A DNA stretch of 47,157 bases from Nemertoderma westbladi (Eukaryota; Animalia; Xenacoelomorpha), in NCBI GenBank assembly GCA_032718475.1, contig JAUCBJ010005961.1, forward strand, positions 1 to 47,157. The letters run 5' to 3'. Position 1 is the first letter of the stretch, and each line of letters starts with the position of its first letter. The notes beneath the pieces were generated by a model. It did not search any database. It saw only the letters and a list, made by a program, of their open reading frames with translations, and was not told the origin of the DNA. A program made the translations under genes and the position numbers. Shown piece after piece: positions 33,831 through 43,659 of the stretch.

Positions 33831-36722
33831 ATGCACGAGAGTGAAGCGTTGGAGATGAAAGGGATCCGCACAATGTTCGGTGCGTTTCGCGAGCGGAATA
33901 TCGCCTTCGTTGTTGATACTTCAGGGTCAATGTATCTCACAATAAGTGTAGTCAAGGAACACATATTAGAAGCGTTGTTACAACGATCCTATAAGGAGAA
34001 AGATACGATGTTCAACATAATAGAGTTCTCATCCGACGTTAAATCCTGGTCGGATCGAATGGTCCGGTGTACTCCGCACACAGTAACGTCAGCCGCCCCG
34101 TGGCTCAAGAAGCTAACAACACATACCGGCCCCTCCAATATGTTAGGCGCCTTGATGACTGCGTTCTCCGACCAAGACACAGACGCCGTTTACCTAGTAA
34201 CAGACGGTTTACCTGGGGAGAATTCCCTCGATATACGTCGCCACGCGGGTATTGCCTCCCAGGGCAGACCCATTCACGCCTTCTACTTGGTTCATGGCGG
34301 AAAGATAGATTCGTCGGCTCAGGAATTTTTAGTGAGCCTTGCTGTTGAGACGGGAGGTAGTCTCACGGCTATAGTCTTAACCTTTGATGGGGCTGTAGAG
34401 AAGGCAGAACATATTTACACAGCCGCAAGGTATTTAGATACTTTGGATCCTCTCATTGTTCAACCACAAGCTGCTGTTGATCCTTACAAAGCTTCTACCA
34501 TCACCACCCGTCTGGATGATAACCCTTACGTTGCGGGCGGGCCTCTAATGGAGGATATATACTCGGACTATATGATGCCTCCATATAACATACGTGGCCG
34601 TGCCTTGTATCCCGGTGTACTGCCCGCGCACGCATGGCGTGCGGAACGCCCATACCTAAAGCGTTGGTTGGAGGATGAGGCTGGTCTGTCTGAGTTAACT
34701 CCAACAGCTGGCGCGCTAATCCAAGGTGCTAAAGTGCTGGCTAGACGTGAGACCGATGGGTATTTCTACAAAGCGATTATTTGCAGCAGAGCCTCGGAAA
34801 ATAAATTCCTTGTTGAATTCGACGACGATTTAAAATCTCGTAGTTCTGGGAAATCGGAACATTTCAAAGTTCAGGACACCGTAATTGCTGATATTATCTC
34901 GCACGTTGATGCTTTGCGTCATCCTATCAACGAAGGTGATACTGTATTAGCGCCGTGTGAGAAGGGTGGTGCGCGGTACGCACCTGGGATAGTGGTTACA
35001 GGTAAGGAGCAACGCGGTGAGTATGAGCATGTGGAAGCAGATCGTATAACTGTCGCCTTTACTAACGGGAAGACTGCAGATGTTAACCACGGTGTAGCCG
35101 TTAGAATCCCTTATGCTCAGTACCAACGTGTCAAAGAAGAATTACAATTACCATACGCGGCAAGACGCGGTCTCATTTCCAAGCCGGGGTACCCGGAAGA
35201 CGCTTATGAAACGGTGAAGAAGATTGACAGACTACCTACAGTGGTGGATGTACCTGAATTAGAGCGATTGGTTCCTAAAGTTAGTTACCCGAGGGTACCA
35301 CATTATTATCCATATAGCTACCCACCTTTGTATAGCCCTTACTACTACCCTCCTTACCCACCCCACTACCATCACCATCCGACCTACATTGTCCCTGAAC
35401 GCGAAACCTTTGTGAAAGCTAGCGACATCAATGCCGCGTCGTTAACCGCAAAGGAAAAGTCGAAACAATATGACGCTGACTTTATAGAAAGTGTCGGAAT
35501 GACTAAAGATGAACTCAATGATAAAGTTATGAGTCAAGTAACAGATGAAGAACTAAGGCTTCAGGATGAGGGTAAAGAAGCTGATGATATTTTGGACTAC
35601 CTCCATGAACCTGCGACAAAGACGGTAGGGGTAGGAACCGATTCCAGCCTCTTTTATCGACATATGAAGAACCGCATACCAGAGGAGCGGCCTCCCTGGA
35701 GGTACTGGCGTCTATACAGCGCCCCTCCGCGGCACTACGCGCAACCGCGTGCTATCAAGGGGTCGTACCATCATCCCGGAGCACCAGAGGACCCTGTGGA
35801 ACCGGTTGAGGAGGCCATCGACGACGATGTTGGGGATGATCCAGTGGAGGTGCCACCCGATGCTCCAATACAGCCTCCTTCGACCTCAGTCGAAAACGGT
35901 GTCGATGCCGAGAATTGTTACCGATGTATCAAAGAAAGGGAGACCTTTGATTCGGGGTTCCCAGGCGGATATGTGAACACAGACGGGACGTTTAATCGCG
36001 TCGACTACTATAGAACAGCTACCGAAGATAGTAAGAAGGATCATTTGCACGATATATTGAAGCACGATTACAAACCGAGTAAGGTGCCGAAATGGCGGAG
36101 GTTTGGAGCCCCCCCTCTTACGGCTGATCAGTTGGAACAACAAAACTTCGATATTCGTCGACAAAAAGTTCTAGAACGAAATAAAGAATGGCAGGCCCAG
36201 GTTGATGAGGCTGGTAAACTGCAGCAGGAGAGAGATGAACACCATAGAGGGCGGATGAGGAAATATTTAGATTTCGAAATCGCCAGAGAGAAATACAATC
36301 GGGAGAAAATTAGTTCAGCTGAGGAGGGGAAGCGAGCAGTTTCCGCGTCATTGGCGGATCGGTGGCGGGATAAAATGGAGCAAGAAGCGGCGCGGATGGA
36401 GGGAAGAGCTGAAGCTGCGAGGGATCGTCTAAGGGGATACAAGGACTGGGAGCAGATGCGTGTCGAGGGGAACAAACGGATGCAGGAGGAGGCGAGAGCT
36501 GCCAGACAGTCCAAAGTACGGGACTACTGGAACCGGCGTAGAGACGAGGTGGAGGAGAGGGGATATCAGCATCTAAACCGGGATAAATGGCGTCGAGATC
36601 AGATAATACAGACTCGGGAACATTTCCGCGACCTCGAAACTATCAACCAGGAACTCAAACAAATCGGACAGCATTCTAGAGACCAACGGATGGGCATATA
36701 TCGATCTACCGTGCTCCCATGA
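33831..36722 (+). CDS. VWA domain + DUF4537-like (VWA3B/C11orf16-related) protein with Pro/Tyr-rich region and C-terminal coiled coil, intronless CDS, 963 aa
   Basis: MIDAS DTSGS in IAFVVDTSGSM and AVYLVTDGLP (VWA3-type). GAKVLARRETDGYFYKAII and INEGDTVLAP......YAPGIV resemble the tandem Tudor-like DUF4537 region. E/R/K/Q-rich tail. Confidence 0.8.
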   Translation: MHESEALEMKGIRTMFGAFRERNIAFVVDTSGSMYLTISVVKEHILEALLQRSYKEKDTMFNIIEFSSDVKSWSDRMVRCTPHTVTSAAPWLKKLTTHTGPSNMLGALMTAFSDQDTDAVYLVTDGLPGENSLDIRRHAGIASQGRPIHAFYLVHGGKIDSSAQEFLVSLAVETGGSLTAIVLTFDGAVEKAEHIYTAARYLDTLDPLIVQPQAAVDPYKASTITTRLDDNPYVAGGPLMEDIYSDYMMPPYNIRGRALYPGVLPAHAWRAERPYLKRWLEDEAGLSELTPTAGALIQGAKVLARRETDGYFYKAIICSRASENKFLVEFDDDLKSRSSGKSEHFKVQDTVIADIISHVDALRHPINEGDTVLAPCEKGGARYAPGIVVTGKEQRGEYEHVEADRITVAFTNGKTADVNHGVAVRIPYAQYQRVKEELQLPYAARRGLISKPGYPEDAYETVKKIDRLPTVVDVPELERLVPKVSYPRVPHYYPYSYPPLYSPYYYPPYPPHYHHHPTYIVPERETFVKASDINAASLTAKEKSKQYDADFIESVGMTKDELNDKVMSQVTDEELRLQDEGKEADDILDYLHEPATKTVGVGTDSSLFYRHMKNRIPEERPPWRYWRLYSAPPRHYAQPRAIKGSYHHPGAPEDPVEPVEEAIDDDVGDDPVEVPPDAPIQPPSTSVENGVDAENCYRCIKERETFDSGFPGGYVNTDGTFNRVDYYRTATEDSKKDHLHDILKHDYKPSKVPKWRRFGAPPLTADQLEQQNFDIRRQKVLERNKEWQAQVDEAGKLQQERDEHHRGRMRKYLDFEIAREKYNREKISSAEEGKRAVSASLADRWRDKMEQEAARMEGRAEAARDRLRGYKDWEQMRVEGNKRMQEEARAARQSKVRDYWNRRRDEVEERGYQHLNRDKWRRDQIIQTREHFRDLETINQELKQIGQHSRDQRMGIYRSTVLP

Positions 36723-37948
36723 TCTTAATCGGGTAGTGTTGGTAGCAACTACCATTAATTACGATTATTTTCTAGCATTTAACAATTATAAACATGTTCT
36801 CTCTACAACATTAATGAATTATACTGTACTGTGTTTTTATATTCCTCAAAATTGTATTATGCCTTACTTATTTATGTTCGTGCTTTCTTGTGACTATATT
36901 TTTGTAAATATTTTTTACTGACAGCAATGAATGACTTAAAGAAAATTCTAATGTTATATGATTAGTAACCTTTTTGAATAACTTTACTTCATGGCTATTT
37001 ATCTCGTAGTATTCACTATATTTTACACTACAAGTCGTTTTATAGATATGAGCCCTATGGTACACTATGAAGTACGTAAGGAGAAGTCATTGGTGAATGT
37101 GAAACGCGAATCACCGAATGTCCTCTCTCTTTGCAGTTACCTATATGGCAGGGAGGTTTACAACGGTACAACCCTTATTGCCAATATAGAGTACTCTAAT
37201 TATTCAACCATTAAGTGTTCCTCTATTCTGCAGAAGCCAGATACACCACTGTGTGGGATATGAGATTTGTTTCTTAGAATTAACCTAAGAATTTTATGAC
37301 AGCTCTCTAACACTGTGCTCGAAATCACGACCTTCCTGTTGGAATCATGCGATGTAGTCAACGTCAACCGAACAATCTGTAGTTCGAAACTTGAAGCATT
37401 ACTTGACGACGGGAGATGTATTATTAACGCATTGAATCAATATGTTAACGTATCAATCAATGTATCAAACAAAACTACTCGTAATCCTGCCTTCTTGTAG
37501 GAGGAATACGTCGTGTTCATGCCACAGATGATAAAGGATGAGATAATCTTCCCTTGAATGTCATATATCGTCAATTACGTGTCTATAAAGTCATATCATT
37601 ATGCAACCTAATAATTGAGAGTAAAATGAATCTTTTTCGAGTACGGTCGTCGTCTCCTTCAGCCCAAGAAAATGGAACATTTATGGTCTCTAGGTCACGT
37701 GATAACATACATTATCATTTTTTGAAAGTAGAACGGTTCTACCATTTTTTATCAGACGGGATATCTGCACGATAATGTTGCGGTTGGTTTTCTAACAAAA
37801 AGAATAAACCATATTCAGGAACACCGATTACATGATTTGGTACCGTTTGGTATAGCGTTGACACCTTAGATAGACGATATCCCTGCTCTTTTTCAGGATG
37901 ACTTTTATTTTTATTCTGTTTTGTTTAATAGTTGTTTTATTTTTGTAG

Positions 37949-38178
37949 TCGGATGCTATGGATTCTCTAGAGAAGGATTCGGAGTATAGAGAAGAACACT
38001 TTGATTTTATCCAGCTGCATCTCCGACGTTTCTGTTTGCGGGTAGGAGCCGCACTCTTCTACACCTCGACTCGCGAGAACTACAACCTGGACAACCTACA
38101 CAGATACCTCGTCCACAGACTCTATAAGCTGCCTTACAGTCACCCCGTAAATGTTATAGACAGAGACTCAATATCAAT
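37949..38178 (+). CDS. DYNC1LI: Cytoplasmic dynein 1 light intermediate chain, internal exon C
   Basis: Acceptor ttatttttgtag at 37948, phase 0, continuing exon B: AHK|SDAMDSLEKDSEYREEHFDFIQLHLRRFCLRVGAALFYTSTRENYNLD. This matches DLIC K|CDA...[34 protein letters not shown]. Donor gtaagt at 38179, phase 2. Confidence 0.93.
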
Positions 38179-38264
38179 GTAAGTCGCTCCACGTTGTTTT
38201 GTGTTCCAACGTAAACCCAGGATGGAAATGTGTTATCCTGATTTTCAGCTATGTTTTGGGAATC

Positions 38265-38415
38265 CAAGCAAGCAAACAGTCGGCCGAAGCCGGAGGCGAC
38301 CCGAAGGCTCCTCTTTCGATAGCTGCTACCCGAGGGTAGGGGTGGGCGCTACTCCTATCCCATGATTTGCTCCCAGTTATTTAACTGGTACTCATTTTAA
38401 TACACTGAGTACCAA
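38265..38415 (-). mobile_element. 5'-truncated SINE fragment with a conserved-type central domain
   Basis: Minus strand aaaatgagtaccag...ggagtagcgcccacccctaccctcgggtagcagctatcgaaagaggagccttcgggtcgcc followed by a ttgc repeat tail. Resembles, from memory, a widespread invertebrate SINE body (Deu/Nin-like). Confidence 0.5.
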
Positions 38416-38529
38416 CTCATCTACCCCCCCCCCCCCCCCCCCCGGTTTTGGGAATAACGTGTCCTATATCCAATAATGTATTAGAAATAATAGACTGATC
38501 TCTTTTTATCACAAATATTTACATTTAGT

Positions 38530-39660
38530 TTGTGGGGCGAGCCACGAATGTAAGCAACCATAGCATACGGGTACCACTAACTCAATCGGTGTCTGTTGTT
38601 CTGTCGTGTCAAATTTTAAACACTAATAACTCAGCCAATCCTCTATGAGATCTTACAAAGCTTAGTCCACACATGTTGTTTGACAAAAGTGTATAAATTT
38701 TCCTAGTTGAATTTGCGTGTGGTCTTCGAGAAGCTAAGTTAAAACTGTTAATTAGTAAATTAAGTTGATTGGGTAAAAAAAGCATTTTTATGCTTGCCCT
38801 TTTGGAAATTAACGTAATTAACTTACACAATTCCCCGTCTCTCCACACCCTATACTTCCAGCTCCCCCATTTCATGGCGTGCTTGCTATTGCCTAGCTGG
38901 GAACCAGTCCAACTATAGTCCCACCTTACCACAGTTTAGCCAGACTAATGTGCCAGCTTGCATATTGTGGGGCGAGCCACGAAGTCCAGGTGAGCCTTAG
39001 CATAGCACTACAATTAGTGAACCGTCCTTTGTCGTTGTCGTTGTCGTTGTCGTCGGAAATGTTTGAACGCCAATAAGTCGGTCAATCTTTGATGAAATTG
39101 AACCAAACTTGGTACATATGTAGTCTATAAAAAGTTTAGAAATTCTACAGAGAAACATACTTCTGTACTTCATCTGTCTGCCGCTAGGTGGCGAATTGAC
39201 AGAAACGTAGAAGTAGCTGTAATTATAGAACCAACCATCAGATTCATCGGATATTCGGTAGGAGTGACTGCTGAATTATATATTCTAATCAAATACAGTA
39301 CTACTCTTGGTTATACTCTTGGTTAAATTTCTTAAATACTGAGTTTGTGATACTGTAGAATTGCTCAATATTAATCTGTATATCATAACTGAGCCTCGTG
39401 CTGCGCAAAGGCCCCACGAACGTGTTCATCTCGCAAAATTATTGGCTGAGCTTTAGAATAATAATTAGCTAAATAATTTCGTTGAGGCTTTGACGTGATA
39501 AATTAATATTTCAGTACCGATATTTCCCCTCTTCTTTGATTTATTGGCGCTTTGGTTAAATTCCCTAAACAAAGATTTTGTAATTTAATTGCTCTATTTT
39601 AATTTGTATCACATAACTGAGACTCGTGCTGCGCGAAGGCCCCATGAACGTGTTTATTGC
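38530..39660 (+). mobile_element. Helentron-associated (DINE-1/HINE-like) elements, nested or tandem pair
   Basis: Two 5' ends ttgtggggcgagccacgaa (38530, 38965), a (gtcgtt)n microsatellite near 39030, and two 3' ends cgtgctgcgc.aaggcccca (~39397, ~39625) containing the inverted gcccca(c). Confidence 0.65.
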
Positions 39661-40134
39661 CCATTGATGGTAGTCAACTAACCCGAAAACCACTTTACAC
39701 ACGAATAAATTGCAAATTAAAAAGATAAATGCGATTATTTTTTCCAGAACATTGCTTACGTTCCAGGTAAAAACGATTATACTTTTTCTTTCAATTAAAC
39801 GGGATTTACTTCTATCTAGCTACTTCTATTCCAAAAATTGGCGGAATGCTTTGGCTTTTATTCCTAAAAATGACAGTTTAAAAGTAGGATAAAAAGTTAC
39901 CTTTAATTCCTATAGCTTGTGCTGGTACGGTTGTACTCCATTCCTCAGTGCAGTTAGCCGATGCCAGTCTACAATGTTGCATTTTTCAAGCACTTCTAGA
40001 ATTAATTAATTAATTAATTAACTTTTACTAAAAATTAAAATTTGAATAAATCCAATTCAATTCGAATAAAAATTTTATAATTAATAAATACTATATTCTA
40101 GAAGTCCTTGCGTTTTTATATTACAACAGGCTTA

Positions 40135-40353
40135 AGGCCATGATACACAACAGGAGCGGCGAGCGGCAGCGGCGAGCGGCCACTTTTGAAAAATAGAACA
40201 CATTATTTTCTATGGGTGATGATACACCACAAATGGCTGCTGCCGCTCGCCGCTCCTATTAAGTGTATCATACTAAAAGTCGCCGCTCACATCGGCCGCT
40301 CGCCGCGGCCGCCCGCTGCTGCCGCTCGCCGCTCCTGTGGTGTATCATGGCCT
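40135..40353. mobile_element. PIF/Harbinger-type MITE, family B
   Basis: tta|aggccatgatacac...gtgtatcatggcct|tta with long imperfect TIRs built of gagcggc/gccgctc repeats. Confidence 0.88.
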
Positions 40354-40602
40354 TTACGCCTACAGCTAGCTGTACAGTGTTAAGTTGGCGTTCTTTATGT
40401 ACTATTCGACACTTAACTCACATGGCGACGGCGGGAGTCTACCTGGCATGACATGGGAGCGAAGTTCAATTAATAGTTTACTGAGAGCAAGGAAAGCTGA
40501 AACAACAATAAGTTGAGAGTGAAAGGGAATTTTGTGGAATTAATTTAGGATTTGCAAAAAACTTATTTCGTCGCAAAAAAGCATTTTTCGTTTTCTGTCT
40601 AA

Positions 40603-40974
40603 AGGCCTGTTTACACGTGGCAACTTTTAGAGCAACTTTCTCGGCAACTTGTAGAGCAACCCAGGTTGCCGATCAAGTTGCTCCGTGTAAACACGTAAAA
40701 AAGTTGCTGTAAAAGTTGCTCAACTTTTACGGCAACTTAAAGGAATTTGCGTTGACGAATTAAAGCGGGATAATCAAATAAAATTATCAAAAACTAGCTA
40801 GTAGATAAAATGACCCACTATTTTACAGTCAAACTAGCCAAGTTACTCTAAAAGTTGCCGGCCAAGTTGCTGGTAAAGTTGCCACGTGTAAACAGCGTTA
40901 AATTAAGTTGCTCCAAAAAAAGTTGCTAGTTGCCGAGAAAGTTGCTCTAAAAGTTGCCACGTGTAAACAGGCCT
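40603..40974. mobile_element. PIF/Harbinger-type MITE, family A copy 2
   Basis: taa|aggcctgtttacacgtggcaactttt...aaaagttgccacgtgtaaacaggcct|taa. Confidence 0.9.
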
Positions 40975-41138
40975 TAATAAAGAGTTATTTGTACGTAGGT
41001 CCTGTGAAAATAAACTTAAAAATTGTACTGCTTACTGATTTTAAATCCGCGTAGGGTGCCGTACCTTTAATAAACGGGACCTCATGCTGAAAACATACCT
41101 GAAGCAGAAATGGTACTTGAAGCTGATCATTACTTCAC

Positions 41139-41212
41139 GTAATGATCAGGATATGTAATAATGATCAGGATATGTAATGATCAGGATATGTAATGATCAG
41201 GATATGTAATAA
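41139..41212. repeat. ~16-bp tandem repeat x4
   Basis: gtaatgatcaggatat repeated, just downstream of the GPCR stop. Confidence 0.85.
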
Positions 41213-41328
41213 TGTATTTGTAATAATTTTTTAATATAATTTACGTTAAGAAATAAATATTATGTTGGTTGGATGTTAAGTACGGCTGTACGGGCGTCGG
41301 ACGGGGATTTACAAAGTTTGATAATATA

Positions 41329-42987
41329 TTAACTGTTCATCGATTCTTTATTCGATTTGGTATCAACATCATCATCCTTTGAATTTGTATCAACATCATC
41401 TACTATTATATGAATGGGAGATTGTATCCTGGACAAAAATAGCCCGTCAAGGTTTTTATCATCTTCTTCTGCAAAAGAACTTAAGTCGTCATTTCTTTTA
41501 TCATCCGTACCTGTTGCCTTGGCCTTGAGGGAATCCCAGGCCATCATCCACTTATGATAGGCAACTCTTCTCTCTTTCTTCTCCACGTCTTCCATGAATT
41601 TCGCGGGATCTACTTTCTTAGGGGCGGCCAGTTTCCCTTGATATTTGTGCATCTGCCGCTTAGCCTCTCGCTCAATCGCTCCGTGACTCCGAGGTGACGA
41701 GGCAATGAGGAACTTCTTGACTTCGGTTGGCTGGAACCATTCCTCAGCTTCCCCTTCAATTTCTTCTTCTGGTTCGTTGGGATCTGGTCCAGTTTCTTCG
41801 AGGTCACCTAGCCAGTCTAATCTATGGTAGCCATCCGCGTGTTGGATGGTCAGCCTGCGGGGTACCTTAATCCCCCCTTCTCCTGCCTTCGACTCAGAAA
41901 GGCTCCCATCTTCCGACTTCTCATCAACACTTCTAACTTCTTCTGTTGCGTCGTTTTTGGTCGCAGAAAGTCGGTTTAACTGTTTCACGTTCGCGGTTCG
42001 TCCGTAAATGGCGGTAGCGAAATTAGCCGTCTTGTTTTCGAGTGAGTTCAGATACTTACAGCATAGATGTGGTAGATTAATGTGATAGGACATGCACAGA
42101 ATAACTTCAAACATCTCCAATCCGTAACTGTCTTTACTTTGATACCCCGAGCGTGAATATCCACCCATGTATTCTAACACTTTGATGGGAATCCAAATAG
42201 CCAAGTATACATGAATGATGTTAACCAGTTTCTTAATGTGGCTGCGTCTTTCTGGTTCCCGCTGCAACGATTTCATTATCATGGCAATCTGAGGGACCAA
42301 AAGTAGCGTGATGCTATAAGTTGGAATGAAACTGTAGATCAGTATCGTTTCAGCTATATCAGGATCGGAGTAGTCCAGCGAGCAAACAGTGCTATTTGGG
42401 AAGCAGGTACTATTTCTGGCTTCCTGGTGACCAGCATTACCCAAGGCCACCCGCGCCTCAACGAGTTTCACTTGCTGGTAGAGATCTTTTGACATTCCGC
42501 CTAGCGCGGGCCACAGACTTATACAGAACAGCCAAGTCGCTTTGACAGTAAATAGACGCTGACCTATTATCGGGTTGAGTTTGGCTGTGCCGAATATTGT
42601 TATGGATAGGGCGAGGATGTAGCTAGCTGATAGGTGTTGGCAGATTGCGTCGGTTCCGTACATTATATTGCAACCTATATCACCGAATATCCAGATCTGT
42701 GTGCTTTGCTGGCCCCACTGCATTGCCATACTTTGAGAATGAATAAGAGATGCTAGGCATAGCATGAAAAGAAATGGGGTGATTGGGGACTGGAGGTTCC
42801 CGTGATTTAGTGCCCTGTGGAGAGCCCATAGGTTATAGGCGGTCGCGTATCCATTCATCCCGAACACCATAAGGGGGAGTGTGACTTCCCGCAATCCCGA
42901 ATCCTTGCATAAACGCATAGCCGGTATAACGTCGTCGTCAGCTCCTTGTACTGGGACAAATCGATCGGATTGTTCATCCGCATCCAT
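41329..42987 (-). CDS. Divergent rhodopsin-like (class A) 7TM receptor, intronless CDS, 552 aa
   Basis: About seven hydrophobic segments, ECL1 WIFGDIGC with the TM3 Cys, ECL2 CSLDY and TM6 IWIP. DRY and NPxxY are missing. Charged C-terminal tail of ~240 aa. Confidence 0.75.
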   Translation of the reverse strand: MDADEQSDRFVPVQGADDDVIPAMRLCKDSGLREVTLPLMVFGMNGYATAYNLWALHRALNHGNLQSPITPFLFMLCLASLIHSQSMAMQWGQQSTQIWIFGDIGCNIMYGTDAICQHLSASYILALSITIFGTAKLNPIIGQRLFTVKATWLFCISLWPALGGMSKDLYQQVKLVEARVALGNAGHQEARNSTCFPNSTVCSLDYSDPDIAETILIYSFIPTYSITLLLVPQIAMIMKSLQREPERRSHIKKLVNIIHVYLAIWIPIKVLEYMGGYSRSGYQSKDSYGLEMFEVILCMSYHINLPHLCCKYLNSLENKTANFATAIYGRTANVKQLNRLSATKNDATEEVRSVDEKSEDGSLSESKAGEGGIKVPRRLTIQHADGYHRLDWLGDLEETGPDPNEPEEEIEGEAEEWFQPTEVKKFLIASSPRSHGAIEREAKRQMHKYQGKLAAPKKVDPAKFMEDVEKKERRVAYHKWMMAWDSLKAKATGTDDKRNDDLSSFAEEDDKNLDGLFLSRIQSPIHIIVDDVDTNSKDDDVDTKSNKESMNS

Positions 42988-43659
42988 TGTGTTAGCTAAT
43001 TATTTGATTACTATTATATTTTTGTGTGTTGTTTTACATGTGTGACTAGGTGTCGTTCAGCCTGTCTTAAACTCGTCTTCCACGTCTGCGATTGTTATTA
43101 TACTTCACGAAGTGAACAAAACACAAACCTTATCCTAACAAAATTATGTTCTAGAAAATAATACTGCAACTTGTTTCTGTGTGTGAGGAGTGCAGCAACA
43201 AAATGGTGGAACATTTTAAAATAACTATTTAAGTGGTGGAAAAAATAGTAGACTTTTTTAGTCGAGCGATATATTATTTGGCGAGCGTAGCGAGACAAAT
43301 AAAATAGCAAGAAAAAACTATCTTAATAACTTATCTTCTCAGTTTTATCTGGGCCTATTTTAGCACAAATATCGGCCATCGAAGCTTCTTCCAGAGTGAA
43401 ATACGGGCATTACTACACCTTGGGTTTGGGTACCCATAGTTTGACCAATTTTTTCATCTGAAAAAGGCTTTTATCATGAAGTTTTTTTCCTAGGACAAAT
43501 ATTTGACCTTCTGACAATACTTAGGATGGTAGTTATTTTTCCAAAAATTATATAGTAAAAAAAGACTAAAAAATAAAATATATTATGCGGATCACTTTCC
43601 ATTTCATATATGATAAGTTTAATGAATCGTCATCTTCGTTATTCTTAATATATTCATTG

